55,466 bases of DNA. Source: Candidatus Altiarchaeota archaeon. GTDB taxonomy: Archaea; SpSt-1190. How positions within the stretch are numbered: position 1 is the first letter of the stretch; every line of letters begins with the position of its first letter. Below the pieces are notes generated by a model. That model worked only from the letters and a program-made list of their open reading frames with translations. It searched no databases and had not been told where the DNA came from. The position numbers were made by a program, and so were the translations under genes. The stretch spans positions 1 to 55,466 of the forward strand of contig JAUUZA010000002.1 in NCBI GenBank assembly GCA_030590165.1, read 5' to 3'. Below are positions 18,621 to 27,607 of this stretch, one piece after another.

Positions 18621-18764
18621 ATGAAAAAATGTAAGAAATGTTTAAAGTATACACTAAAAAATGAATGTTGTGGTGAAAAAACTGGGGCGTCAGCTCCTCC
18701 AAAATTTTCAATTGAAGATAGATTTTGGAAACAACGAATGAAAGCAAGGGGATTATTAAAATGA
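18621..18764 (+). CDS. nop10: H/ACA RNP protein Nop10
   Basis: Hand-translated 47 aa: MKKCKKCLKYTLKNECCGEKTGASAPPKFSIEDRFWKQRMKARGLLK. Has the C..C..YTL...C.G..T...P.kFS.eD signature. Below the ORF-track cutoff. Confidence 0.8.
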   Translation: MKKCKKCLKYTLKNECCGEKTGASAPPKFSIEDRFWKQRMKARGLLK

Positions 18765-19525
18765 TATTATGGAAGATTCACGATAGACCAATTTTTTATA
18801 AACCTGTTTTAATTGAAGGTTTGCCAGGAATTGGAAATGTTGGAAAAATGACAGTTGAATATTTAATTGATAAATTAAATGCAAAAAAGTTTGCTGAAGT
18901 TTATAGCGATAATTTTCCTTATCATGTTTTTATTGATAAAAAAAGTGTAGTTCATTTACCGAGAAATGAATTTTATTTTGTAAAAGGTAAAAAGCGCGAT
19001 TTAATTTTTTTAACGGGTGATTTTCAAAGTATGACGCCTCAAGGACATTATGAAATAACCGAAAAAATTTTGGAATTTGTAAAAAATCAAGGAGTAAAAT
19101 CAATAATAACAGTTGGAGGTTTTGGGGTTGAAGGGATTCCCAAGGACCCAAAAGTTCTTGGTGCAGTAACTCATGAAAAACTTATTGAAGAATTTAAAGA
19201 AAAAGGAGTTATTTTTGAAAACGGTGAACGCGTTGGAATGATAGTTGGTGCAAGTGGACTCTTACTTGGTCTTGGAAAATTAAAAGGGATGCGAGGAATT
19301 TGTTTAATGGGTGAAACTTTTTCGCGACCAATGTTTACAGACGCTAGGTCATCTAAAGCTGTTTTAGAAGTATTTTCAAAATATTTAGGAATAACGCTTG
19401 ATATGAGTGATATGAATACTAAGGCCAAAGAATTAGATAAAGCAATTACAAAAGCAAAAGAATTAGAAGAACAAATGATGAAAAAGCTTACAAAGCCTCG
19501 GGATGAGTTGAGTTATATCGGGTGA
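18761..19525 (+). CDS. PAC2-family protein (proteasome assembly chaperone-like, COG1938)
   Basis: PVLIEGLPGIGNVGKMTVEYLI...FLTGDFQ...GASGLLLG. The ATG at 18761 overlaps the nop10 stop (ATGA). The track start at 18725 is not an ATG. Confidence 0.65.
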   Translation: MILWKIHDRPIFYKPVLIEGLPGIGNVGKMTVEYLIDKLNAKKFAEVYSDNFPYHVFIDKKSVVHLPRNEFYFVKGKKRDLIFLTGDFQSMTPQGHYEITEKILEFVKNQGVKSIITVGGFGVEGIPKDPKVLGAVTHEKLIEEFKEKGVIFENGERVGMIVGASGLLLGLGKLKGMRGICLMGETFSRPMFTDARSSKAVLEVFSKYLGITLDMSDMNTKAKELDKAITKAKELEEQMMKKLTKPRDELSYIG

Positions 19526-19526
19526 T

Positions 19527-19865
19527 ATGTTGGTATTTAGAAAAAGAGGAAAGAAAAAGAAAAGAAAAGGCGTAGTTTCTGAAGAAATAAGGGTTAGACG
19601 CCCTAAATCTGGTGAAATGTATGCTATTGTAGAACAACGTTTAGGTTATAATAAAATGTATGTTAGGTGTCAAGATAATAAAGTTAGAATTGGAAGGGTT
19701 CCTGGAAAATATTCGCGTCGTCTTTGGATAAGAGAAGGTGATTTAGTAATTATTAAGATGTGGGAGATTGAAGTTGATAAGAAGTGTGACATAATTTTTA
19801 GATATAGACCTGCTCAAAGAGACTGGCTTGATAATAATAATTTATTACCCGAGGAAATGAAATGA
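19527..19865 (+). CDS. eif1a: translation initiation factor aIF1A
   Basis: S1-like OB fold: GEMYAIVEQRLGYNKMYVRCQDNKVRIGRVPGKYSRRLWIREGDLVII. Confidence 0.9.
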   Translation: MLVFRKRGKKKKRKGVVSEEIRVRRPKSGEMYAIVEQRLGYNKMYVRCQDNKVRIGRVPGKYSRRLWIREGDLVIIKMWEIEVDKKCDIIFRYRPAQRDWLDNNNLLPEEMK

Positions 19866-20407
19866 TTTTAGTTGTTAGTGGTGGTATTGGGGCAGGCGAA
19901 TCAACTTTTTGTGATTTGTTAATAAAACATAATTTTCAAAAAGAATCTTTAAGTAATATTCTTCGAGAATTAGTGAAGAAGGAAGGAAAAGAAATAGTTC
20001 GTAAAAATTTAAGAGCAAAGGCAGATTCACTTCGCCTAAAATACGGAAAAGCCGCTTTGGCAATTATGGCTTGGGAAAAAATTAAAAACCTTAAAGGAAA
20101 TTGGGTAATTGAAAGTTTTATGGCGAAAGAAGAAACGGATTTCTTTAGGGAAAAGGGTGCAAAAGTTATTGGTGTTGTAGCTCCAGATCGTTTGCGTTAT
20201 GAACGTGTCTTAAAACGTCAAGGTAGGGATACTTTTTCAAGTTTTGAAGAATTTTTAAAGATAGATTTGAAAAAACGGGATATAGGTATAGATTCAATTA
20301 TTGAAGATGCCGATTTTATTATAGTAAATGACGGTTCTTTGGAAGAATTAAATGAAATGGTAACTCTTTTTGTTGAATCTATTTTTTCTTCTCACGAGAA
20401 AAACTAA
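19862..20407 (+). CDS. P-loop nucleotide-kinase-like protein with atypical Walker A
   Basis: MILVVSGGIGAGESTF has a GxxGxGES P-loop with Glu in place of the Walker Lys. Size and layout resemble small archaeal dephospho-CoA/adenylate-kinase-like proteins. Confidence 0.5.
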   Translation: MILVVSGGIGAGESTFCDLLIKHNFQKESLSNILRELVKKEGKEIVRKNLRAKADSLRLKYGKAALAIMAWEKIKNLKGNWVIESFMAKEETDFFREKGAKVIGVVAPDRLRYERVLKRQGRDTFSSFEEFLKIDLKKRDIGIDSIIEDADFIIVNDGSLEELNEMVTLFVESIFSSHEKN

Positions 20408-21134
20408 TAGTCTCAGTTTTTTTTGCTCTTTTATTAAGTACTTTGAGTAACTCATTTATTTTTTTTTCAGCTTCTTTGTAATCTTGAGCTTTTACAAGCA
20501 ATCGATAATTCGGCGCACTAAGATAAGAAATATTTTCTTCGGTACCTTTAAGTATGGTTTTAATTCTTTCAATACCGTTGCCTGCAGTACTAATTATATT
20601 TAAAGTTCCGGCTATTTCAACCACAGGTAAGGTTATACTTTTATCAACTAACTCCCAAAGTTCATCGTTTATTCCTTTTAATGAGTTAAAAAAAGATTTA
20701 CCTTCTTTTTTTGCTTCTTCAAAAGCAAAATAAATTTCTCCATATTTTTTTTCAAAAGGAAGTAACATTTTGTGAACTTCATCAAAGGGTTTCTTTGTTT
20801 TTTTTGCAATGATTTCAATAAAATTTTCAACTCGTTTTTGTCTTTTTATCTGATCCCATTTAGCTCGTCGATCATAATCGTTTACTCGACGTACACTTAA
20901 GTGAACAAAACCTCGTTTTTTAATTTCAAGAACTTTACAAACTATTTTTTGTTTTGGTCTAAAATGGGTTTTAAGATTTTTAACCCACGTTTTTGAAGCT
21001 TCACTTATATGAATAAGGCCTTCAACATTTTCATATCCATCAATAGTAACAAAAGCAGCATGAACTGTAGTTCCTGTAACAATAGCCAAAACTATGTCGC
21101 CCTCTTCAGGCATTTTTTTAAGATTAATCGCCAT
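20379..21134 (-). CDS. eif2a: translation initiation factor aIF2 alpha subunit
   Basis: S1 domain PEEGDIVLAIVTGTTVHAAFVTIDGYENVEGLIHISE. I prefer the ATG at 21134 (MAINLKKMPEEGD). The longer track ORF would overlap the S27e 3' end. Confidence 0.85.
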   Translation of the reverse strand: MAINLKKMPEEGDIVLAIVTGTTVHAAFVTIDGYENVEGLIHISEASKTWVKNLKTHFRPKQKIVCKVLEIKKRGFVHLSVRRVNDYDRRAKWDQIKRQKRVENFIEIIAKKTKKPFDEVHKMLLPFEKKYGEIYFAFEEAKKEGKSFFNSLKGINDELWELVDKSITLPVVEIAGTLNIISTAGNGIERIKTILKGTEENISYLSAPNYRLLVKAQDYKEAEKKINELLKVLNKRAKKTETISFSREKKK

Positions 21135-21165
21135 TAAAAGAAAGAAGAAAAGGTGGTTTTTAAAC

Positions 21166-21345
21166 TTACTCCAGAACTCCAATGATTTTTGCTAGAATTT
21201 TGGCTTTTCCGCCCTTTGATTCTGCCAAAGGTTTACCGCAAACTAAACAATTAACCTTTGTTGAAGCCCTGTCAAATATAATTTGCTCATTTTTACATTG
21301 AGCACATTTAACCTTAATAAATCTTGAATCTGGTGTTACTAACAT
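21166..21345 (-). CDS. rps27e: 30S ribosomal protein S27e
   Basis: Hand-translated 59 aa: MLVTPDSRFIKVKCAQCKNEQIIFDRASTKVNCLVCGKPLAESKGGKAKILAKIIGVLE. C4 zinc ribbon. Sits between L44e and aIF2-alpha as in the conserved archaeal operon. Confidence 0.85.
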   Translation of the reverse strand: MLVTPDSRFIKVKCAQCKNEQIIFDRASTKVNCLVCGKPLAESKGGKAKILAKIIGVLE

Positions 21346-21350
21346 TTTTC

Positions 21351-21629
21351 TTACCTCTGTAGTTCAAATTTCTTAGCTCTAAATGTTTTTGTTTTTGTGT
21401 GCATTTTTTTACACTTTTCACATTTTAGCCTAATATCTATTTTTTTTGTTTGTTTTACTGGTGTTACTTTAGGTCTTGGATATCCCCTATAACCTTTCAT
21501 AATTTTCAAAAATCGTCTTTGACCGCCACTAAGTGTTCCCCTTTCATGTTTTTTAACGACAACAACTTTATGTGTGCTGTGCACCTTACAAAGTGGACAA
21601 TGTGTCTTGATATTAGCTGGAAATTTCAT
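21351..21629 (-). CDS. rpl44e: 50S ribosomal protein L44e
   Basis: MKFPANIKTHCPLCKVHSTHKV...GGQRRF...KCEKCKK. Confidence 0.9.
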   Translation of the reverse strand: MKFPANIKTHCPLCKVHSTHKVVVVKKHERGTLSGGQRRFLKIMKGYRGYPRPKVTPVKQTKKIDIRLKCEKCKKMHTKTKTFRAKKFELQR

Positions 21630-21662
21630 AGTTACTACCTACATACGCCCATTTAAATGTTT

Positions 21663-22253
21663 TTAAGTCTTGTGTTCTTTTGCTTTTCCTTTTTCAAGTA
21701 AAAGTTTTGCATACTTTTCAGGCAGTTTTATGACGTCCCCTATGGAATAGGGACCATATAAATTCAAATCAGTTCCCATAAATGCTTTAACTTCTTCTAC
21801 AATTTCAATTTTGAGATTTCCGTCCGTCTCTTTAACTTCATCAACTTTAACCGTTGATTCTTCACCTGCCAAGGCACGATCAAGAATTTCTTTACGAGAA
21901 CCTTTCATGACATTAACCATACGAGTAAAAAATTCTCTTTCTTCAAGAGTTAAACTTCGAACATCAGTTTTTTCGTCAGTAGCAACTTCAGACCAAGCTA
22001 AAAGAATAATTTTTCTTTCACGCAAGGCGTATAATTCCACAATTACTCTTGCGGCATTTCTAAGTTCTCTTTCAAACTTTACTAAAACTTTATCTGTAAA
22101 TCTACTTGTATTCTTACGCAATTCCTCATATTTTTTCATTTTTTTAAAAATATATTCTGCGATTTCTTTCCAAAATGAAGGTGAAATTAATAAAACGCTT
22201 GGTTTTGAACGTTCTTTCCTATGGACTTCCCTAAGTTGTTCAAAACTAATCAC
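21663..22253 (-). CDS. GINS subunit (Gins51/15-like)
   Basis: N-terminal helical domain LREVHRKERSKPSVLLISPSFWKEIAEYI. Immediately downstream of the primase gene, which is the known PriS-GINS linkage in archaea. Confidence 0.55.
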   Translation of the reverse strand: MISFEQLREVHRKERSKPSVLLISPSFWKEIAEYIFKKMKKYEELRKNTSRFTDKVLVKFERELRNAARVIVELYALRERKIILLAWSEVATDEKTDVRSLTLEEREFFTRMVNVMKGSRKEILDRALAGEESTVKVDEVKETDGNLKIEIVEEVKAFMGTDLNLYGPYSIGDVIKLPEKYAKLLLEKGKAKEHKT

Positions 22254-22281
22254 AATTAAAGGAAGTTCAGCGATTTAAAAA

Positions 22282-23526
22282 TTAAGTGCCTGTTGTTTCA
22301 GGTGGAGTTTTTGTTTTTTCTTTTTCCTTTAATTTAGATATTTTATTTTTCTTTTTTTTTCTTTTTTCTTCTTTCGCTTTTTTTTCTTCCTCTTCCTTTT
22401 GCTGTTTTAACTGCCATTTATATCGTCTAATAGTATATGAAAGAGGATTTTTGTGGGTTGAACATTCTTCAGTCCAAATTCCCATATCTTTGTAAAATCC
22501 ATCACGATTAAAGTTGGGAGGTAATAATTTATTTTTTTGTCGTTTATTCCATCTTATGTGACCTTTGATATAAGTTTCTTTTAAGGGAGGTCTGTTTTTT
22601 TGATTCCATTCTAAAAGCAAATGTTCAATCTCATCCCAATTCCATCCCAAATTGCTAAGATATGAACGAATAATAAATTCACTTCTTTTTCTACCATCAG
22701 CCATTCCTTGTAACATTTTTTTTATTGAGGGTGCAAAAAAAAGTTCTGGAACCCTTTTCTTAATTTCAATTCTTTGTGGAACAAAATTTGGGATTTGCTT
22801 TTCTTTTTCAACAAAATCTATAGACATTTCAACAAGACTCATGGCTTCCCCTGGCTTGGCATCCAAGAGAAAGGGTTTAACTTTAATATTTTCAATCTTA
22901 GCGTTTTCAATTTCAAACCAAGGGTCCTTTACTGGAATACTAATTAAACCGCTTTTTTCATTGAGTGAATAAGGTGCGCGCATTAAATGTCGTGAGGCAA
23001 TTGCAACACTATCTATTTTTACGTCGTGTCGTTCTTCCTTTGTCAAATTTTCATCCTTTTTTAGATAATCAGTTAAGTATAATCCAATTGCACGAGGGAT
23101 TTCTGGAAAACGATTCAAAAGTGAAGGGTCAAAGGCAACCCAAGGAACGAATATATGAAATCCTGCCCTTCCTGAAAATTTCATATGAACTGAATTTACT
23201 CCGTGAGCTTGTAGTAATTCAACTAAAGCTTCAGCAACTTTTCTACTCTGTTCAAGTTTTGGCGCATCAAGATCAATTAAAAAATCCCACCCTATTCTCT
23301 CATCTAATGAAGCAGGATTTTGCCAAAGTTCTACACTAGTATGAAAACTAATAATATTGTCTCTCGCCATTCGTTTAACATCATTTGGAAAGAATAAAGC
23401 GCCAGGTCGCTTAGCATAACCCCCATTTTCATATCGCCCCCCTACTTCTCTATTTTGAGAAAAACGAACTAATTCAGTAGCAACATCAATTCTAGAATAA
23501 TAATCAATAATGGTTTGTTTATCCAC
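22282..23526 (-). CDS. priS: DNA primase, fused PriS catalytic domain plus PriL-CTD-like domain
   Basis: AEP motifs FLIDLDAP, FSGRAGFHIFVP, SRHLMRAPYSLNEKSG. The C-terminal half, FAPSIKKMLQG...RSEFIIRSYLSNLGWNWDEIEHLL...YIKGHIRW...PPNF...GIW...ECSTHKNPLSY, resembles the PriL C-terminal domain. K/E-rich tail. GTG start. Confidence 0.8.
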   Translation of the reverse strand: MDKQTIIDYYSRIDVATELVRFSQNREVGGRYENGGYAKRPGALFFPNDVKRMARDNIISFHTSVELWQNPASLDERIGWDFLIDLDAPKLEQSRKVAEALVELLQAHGVNSVHMKFSGRAGFHIFVPWVAFDPSLLNRFPEIPRAIGLYLTDYLKKDENLTKEERHDVKIDSVAIASRHLMRAPYSLNEKSGLISIPVKDPWFEIENAKIENIKVKPFLLDAKPGEAMSLVEMSIDFVEKEKQIPNFVPQRIEIKKRVPELFFAPSIKKMLQGMADGRKRSEFIIRSYLSNLGWNWDEIEHLLLEWNQKNRPPLKETYIKGHIRWNKRQKNKLLPPNFNRDGFYKDMGIWTEECSTHKNPLSYTIRRYKWQLKQQKEEEEKKAKEEKRKKKKNKISKLKEKEKTKTPPETTGT

Positions 23527-23608
23527 AAGAACTTAGTCTTGAGTTCTTTAAGATTTTTTGTGAGAAAAAATATAAAAAGAACCTTGTTTTTAAGGATAAG
23601 TGAGCATT

Positions 23609-24193
23609 ATGAAAACCACTATAGAAAATTTAACAAAAGCATTTATTGGAGAAAGTCAAGCGAGGAATCGATATACTTTTTATGCTAAAACAGCTAAAAA
23701 AGAAGGATTTGAACAAGTTTCAGAACTTTTTTTACTTACAGCTGAGAATGAAAGAGAACACGCAAAGTGGTTATTTCAATTAATTAATCAATTAAAAAAA
23801 GAAAATGATTGTATTTGCGCCGAAATTAAAGTTGAAGTTGAAGCTCCAACAATATGGGGAAATACTAAAGAAAATCTCAAAGCAGCAATTTCTGGTGAAA
23901 ATTATGAACATACTATTATGTATCCCAATTTCGCAAAAGTTGCTGAAAGTGATGGATTTCCAAAAATTGCCCGAAGATTAATGGCTATTGCAAATGCAGA
24001 AAAACACCACGAAGAGAGATTTAAAAATTTATTAAAAGAAATTGAAAATAATTCCACTTTTAAGAAAAGTGAAGATGTTTATTGGGTTTGTAGAAAATGT
24101 GGATACCTTCATAAGGGTAAAGCGCCCCCAACAGCTTGTCCTTCTTGTAGTCACCCTACATCATATTTTCAAGTAGCTTGTGAAACTTTTTAG
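23609..24193 (+). CDS. rbr: rubrerythrin
   Basis: Diiron ferritin-like motifs ([19 protein letters not shown]) plus a C-terminal rubredoxin CRKCGY...CPSCSHP. The ATG at 23609 lies inside the track ORF that starts at the GTG at 23600. Confidence 0.85.
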   Translation: MKTTIENLTKAFIGESQARNRYTFYAKTAKKEGFEQVSELFLLTAENEREHAKWLFQLINQLKKENDCICAEIKVEVEAPTIWGNTKENLKAAISGENYEHTIMYPNFAKVAESDGFPKIARRLMAIANAEKHHEERFKNLLKEIENNSTFKKSEDVYWVCRKCGYLHKGKAPPTACPSCSHPTSYFQVACETF

Positions 24194-24208
24194 TTTTTGG
24201 CAGAAGGG

Positions 24209-24216
24209 TTATATAG
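24209..24216 (+). promoter_or_regulatory. TATA-box-like element upstream of the Sec61-beta gene
   Basis: TTATATAG is centred about 24 nt upstream of the GTG at 24236, a spacing typical of leaderless archaeal transcripts. Confidence 0.3.
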
Positions 24217-24235
24217 CTAGAAGTAAAGAATTGAC

Positions 24236-24388
24236 GTGGCTAAACACAAATTTAGTTTGCCTCCGAGTCAAGGGGGATTAGTCAGGTCAGGAAAAGCTTC
24301 AGGGAAACTTCAACTTGAGCCTGGGCATGTACTCTTCATGATATTGGGATTTGCATTAATTTTAATCCTTCTTAATGTATTAGGTTGA
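24236..24388 (+). CDS. secG: preprotein translocase Sec61-beta/SecG (archaeal)
   Basis: Hand-translated 50 aa with a GTG start: VAKHKFSLPPSQGGLVRSGKASGKLQLEPGHVLFMILGFALILILLNVLG. Basic N-terminus, LPPsqgGL.R motif and a single C-terminal TM. Confidence 0.65.
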   Translation: MAKHKFSLPPSQGGLVRSGKASGKLQLEPGHVLFMILGFALILILLNVLG

Positions 24389-25449
24389 TTTCACTCATTT
24401 TGGGTTTAATTTTAGGCAGCTTTCCTGGTTTTCATCCAAATATTATTTTGAACCTTTTTTCAGAGAAAACGCAATTATTTGGACTTGTTTTTGGTTCTTT
24501 ATTTACTTCAATAATTCCTGGAATTTTGATGGTTCCAACAAGTGAAATGACACCACTTTTGCTTCCAAGTCAATGTGCGGTGCAGAAAGGAAAGATGCAA
24601 GAAGCCATAATGTCTTTTGTTGGGGGGGCTTTACTCGGGTGTTTTTTATTTTTATTAACTTTTCCTTTATATTCTTTTTTTATTCACTTTAATTCTTTTC
24701 TTAAAAGAGCTACATTACCCTTCCTCATTTTTACAATTTCCTTAACAATTTCAAAATCAAAAAATTCTTTAAAGGCTCTTTTGTTCTTTCTTATTTCTGG
24801 CGTTTATGGAATTTTTATGTTTAGTTCAGGAATTGATAGTAATTCACTTCTTGGTGCTCATTTTACTGCGATGTTTGGTTTAGTTGGACTCTTAGTCTCA
24901 GAAAAAATTCCAATTCAAAAAGTAACTGAAGCAAAAATAAATTTGAATTTTCCTCAAGCTTTTACTGGTTTTATTGGGGGGCTTTTAATTTCATTATTTC
25001 CGGCAATTACTCCTGCACAAGTTTATGTTATTTTAATTTTATTCTTTGGAGCTTCGTCAAAAGGATTAGCTGCTGCAGGTGCTCTTACCTTATCTTCTTT
25101 TCTTTTTTCATTTCAATCTCTTATTTTCTTTGGTAAGGGAAGAATGGCAACTGTTGAAAAAATTGGGGCTTTTAATCCGGATTTAATTGCAATTTATGCT
25201 TTATTTTCTTTCTTTATGATTTTTCTTTTCAGTCGCTATTTCGTAAAATTTGTAAATCAAATTTCAAAATTTAGAGAAGTTTCACTCATTTTTATTTTAA
25301 GTTGTTTAATCTTTTTTTATCCTAAAGCCCTTCATTTTGCTGTTTTTTCTTTAATTTTAGGTCTTATTGCTAATAAATATGAAGTTGAGCGTGTACATTT
25401 AATGGGTTCCTTACTACTCCCTACAATTTTATGGTACCTTAAACTCTAA
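24385..25449 (+). CDS. integral membrane protein (TctA/DUF112-like)
   Basis: About 10 TM helices. Repeated G...G.(F/L)PG motifs (LGLILGSFPGFHPN, FIGGLLISLFPAITPAQ). TTG start overlapping the secG stop. Confidence 0.4.
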   Translation: MISLILGLILGSFPGFHPNIILNLFSEKTQLFGLVFGSLFTSIIPGILMVPTSEMTPLLLPSQCAVQKGKMQEAIMSFVGGALLGCFLFLLTFPLYSFFIHFNSFLKRATLPFLIFTISLTISKSKNSLKALLFFLISGVYGIFMFSSGIDSNSLLGAHFTAMFGLVGLLVSEKIPIQKVTEAKINLNFPQAFTGFIGGLLISLFPAITPAQVYVILILFFGASSKGLAAAGALTLSSFLFSFQSLIFFGKGRMATVEKIGAFNPDLIAIYALFSFFMIFLFSRYFVKFVNQISKFREVSLIFILSCLIFFYPKALHFAVFSLILGLIANKYEVERVHLMGSLLLPTILWYLKL

Positions 25450-25458
25450 ATAATACCC

Positions 25459-26118
25459 TTGATACTTTTTAATATGCAAATTCAATATTTAGGTCATTCC
25501 GGTTTTCTTATTCTCCACGAGGGAATTGAAATAGTAATAGACCCTTTTTTGTCTGAAAACCCTAAAAGAATTATTCCACAAAATTTTGATTCACGAAACC
25601 TTAATCCAAATTTTATTCTTTTAACTCACGAACATTTTGACCATTGTGATATAAAAACCATTCAATTATTAACTAGAAAAAGAAACCCAAAAATTATTGG
25701 TCCTGCTCCTGTTGAACGCAAACTTGGTTTAAAAATAGTTAAAGTTAAACCAGGAAATCAATTAAAATATGATAAATTTATTTTAAGAGCCATGCCAGCG
25801 GTTCACCCTCAATCAGAATTACCAATTGGTTTCTTACTCGATTTTAATGGTTTAAGAGTTTATCATGCTGGTGACACCTTGTATCATAAAGACCTCGCAA
25901 AGATTAATACAGATGTAGCAATTCTTCCAATAGGAGGAACATATACAATGAATGGCGAAGAAGCACTTAAACTTGCTGAGGAAATGCAACCACGAATTTT
26001 AATTCCAATGCACTATAATACATTCACTGAAATTCAAGCCGATCCATATGAACTTGCAAAACGTTCGGATCAAGTTGTAGTCATGAAACCAGGTGAATCA
26101 ATGGAGGTAAACCAATGA
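25459..26118 (+). CDS. metallo-beta-lactamase-fold hydrolase (UPF0173-like)
   Basis: IQYLGHSGFLI, LLTHEHFDHCD, YHAGDT, PMHYNTF. Confidence 0.8.
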   Translation: MILFNMQIQYLGHSGFLILHEGIEIVIDPFLSENPKRIIPQNFDSRNLNPNFILLTHEHFDHCDIKTIQLLTRKRNPKIIGPAPVERKLGLKIVKVKPGNQLKYDKFILRAMPAVHPQSELPIGFLLDFNGLRVYHAGDTLYHKDLAKINTDVAILPIGGTYTMNGEEALKLAEEMQPRILIPMHYNTFTEIQADPYELAKRSDQVVVMKPGESMEVNQ

Positions 26119-26333
26119 GTGATGAAGATAATGGTGAATTTATTAAGTGGGGAACTTTGCTTACAGGGTCGAATAAAAACAAAGGAGCAATAATTTTAGG
26201 AATAGTAATTGTTTTTGTAATTTATGCTAAAATTACTGGGGATGTACGTATTCTTTCCTTCTTCGTTCTCTTAATGTTAATTTTGTTTGCCATTAGTATA
26301 ATAAATTTAGTTTTAGGAAAACTAAACGAATAA
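26115..26333 (+). CDS. small membrane protein
   Basis: 72 aa with two TM helices. GGAGGT SD at 26103-26108. 4-nt overlap with the upstream gene. Confidence 0.35.
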   Translation: MSDEDNGEFIKWGTLLTGSNKNKGAIILGIVIVFVIYAKITGDVRILSFFVLLMLILFAISIINLVLGKLNE

Positions 26334-27071
26334 AAGCGAGAGTAAGGCTAGTGAAAATGCGGGTGTCATAGGGACGCCTGATTTAATTTTTATTTCACCC
26401 CTTCCATATTTTCTTGCGAGTTTTACTTCTTTAATTCCTATTGGTGATGATGCTTTTATTAAAAATTTTCCCAATTTTAAATCATCAATTAACCAATCAT
26501 CTTCTTCAAGGTCTTTTGTTTTTTTCTCAATTATGAAAAGATTATCAATATCTTTTCGTGAAACTAAAACAAGTAAAAGAAAAGTTAAAGCAAGAAAAAT
26601 TAATCCCGTATTAATATTAAAAAAAGTATATATTCCTGACAATAAAACAATTAGAATAAATTTAAGATATTTTTTATAAATTCCTGAAGTTATGAAAAAA
26701 TAAATAAAGTAAGCAATTCCCAATATTCCCGACCAAATAAGTGAATATAAAAAGAAATTAGGCCAAAAATTAGTGAATGCGGGTGAAAGTAGTGAAGATG
26801 CTACTGCCATCAACCACATATCTCCACTTGCCCAATGTTTCGAATAATAAAGTATCCCACCAATTAAAAAAGAGAGAAAGGTAAATTTTAATGAAGTTAG
26901 GAAGGGACTGAAACTTTTAGTAATTAAACTTTCAATTGCCCACCCAATGAAACCAATAGGTATTGAAATCTTCACAAGATTTTCTGGGAGATATGTAGTC
27001 ATAAAATCAACTCCAGAACTAAAAAATACTACAAAGAAACCAAAAAAAACCAAGAGAAGTGCGATTACCAT
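26322..27071 (-). CDS. A24-family prepilin/preflagellin peptidase-like membrane protease
   Basis: Polytopic. First Asp context SSGVDFMTTYLPENL, second Asp context HWASGDMWLMAV (G.GD motif). C-terminal soluble extension. Confidence 0.55.
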   Translation of the reverse strand: MVIALLLVFFGFFVVFFSSGVDFMTTYLPENLVKISIPIGFIGWAIESLITKSFSPFLTSLKFTFLSFLIGGILYYSKHWASGDMWLMAVASSLLSPAFTNFWPNFFLYSLIWSGILGIAYFIYFFITSGIYKKYLKFILIVLLSGIYTFFNINTGLIFLALTFLLLVLVSRKDIDNLFIIEKKTKDLEEDDWLIDDLKLGKFLIKASSPIGIKEVKLARKYGRGEIKIKSGVPMTPAFSLALLSLLFV

Positions 27072-27274
27072 AATTTTCGCTTTGCTTCAATTATGTCTTC
27101 CTTACGAATTGTTTTTCTTTTGTGTTCAGCTGCAATTTTTGAGGCTTCTTCAACTAAAATGAATCCAATTTCTTCCGTTACCTCAGCTAATCCTTCAGCA
27201 GCGTCGTTACCAACTCGTCTCCCCGTTCCCTTCAAAAGACGTTTAAAAGGAGCATTTGCAAATATCTCAGCCAT
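27065..27274 (-). CDS. archaeal histone (HMf family), second copy
   Basis: 69 aa: FANAPFKRLLKGTGRRVGNDAAEGLAEVTEEIGFILVEEASKIAAEHKRKTIRKEDIIEA. 7-nt overlap with the peptidase gene start. Confidence 0.85.
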   Translation of the reverse strand: MAEIFANAPFKRLLKGTGRRVGNDAAEGLAEVTEEIGFILVEEASKIAAEHKRKTIRKEDIIEAKRKLW

Positions 27275-27313
27275 AAATGGCTGTAAATCTGATTTTATTT
27301 AAGCTTTGACTGA

Positions 27314-27607
27314 CTAAGGATGATATTGTTCATAAGCTTGAACTAATCCTTTTTCAAACGAATTATTTTCAGCATCAATAACAGATATTGCTACCATAAT
27401 CTCAAAATTACCTAAACGTCTATCATTCCACTTCTTTTGAGGGGTAATCTCACTTTTTAATAAATTTCTCGCTTTATCATATGGGCCCCTTTGTTTTTTA
27501 GTAAGCTGACTCCCATATTTTTTTAAAAGTTTATTCACTTTTAGATAATGTATTCCTACACGATAAATTGAAATTCTATTTTCAGGAGTTTTTGAAAATA
27601 GATTCAT
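27314..27607 (-). CDS. hypothetical protein
   Basis: 97-aa ORF. The frame stays open for about 50 further codons upstream without an ATG/GTG/TTG. Confidence 0.3.
   Translation of the reverse strand: MNLFSKTPENRISIYRVGIHYLKVNKLLKKYGSQLTKKQRGPYDKARNLLKSEITPQKKWNDRRLGNFEIMVAISVIDAENNSFEKGLVQAYEQYHP

Noticed and set aside
19514-19525. C-terminal ...ELSYIG of the PAC2-family protein as a proteasome-activating HbYX motif
   Set aside because: The Tyr is third from the end, not penultimate, so it does not match HbYX.
20379-20407. 29-nt overlap of convergent 3' ends (kinase-like gene versus aIF2-alpha) as a regulatory antisense feature
   Set aside because: Such short convergent overlaps are common in compact genomes (also 40648-40670). 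There is nothing beyond compaction to support a function.
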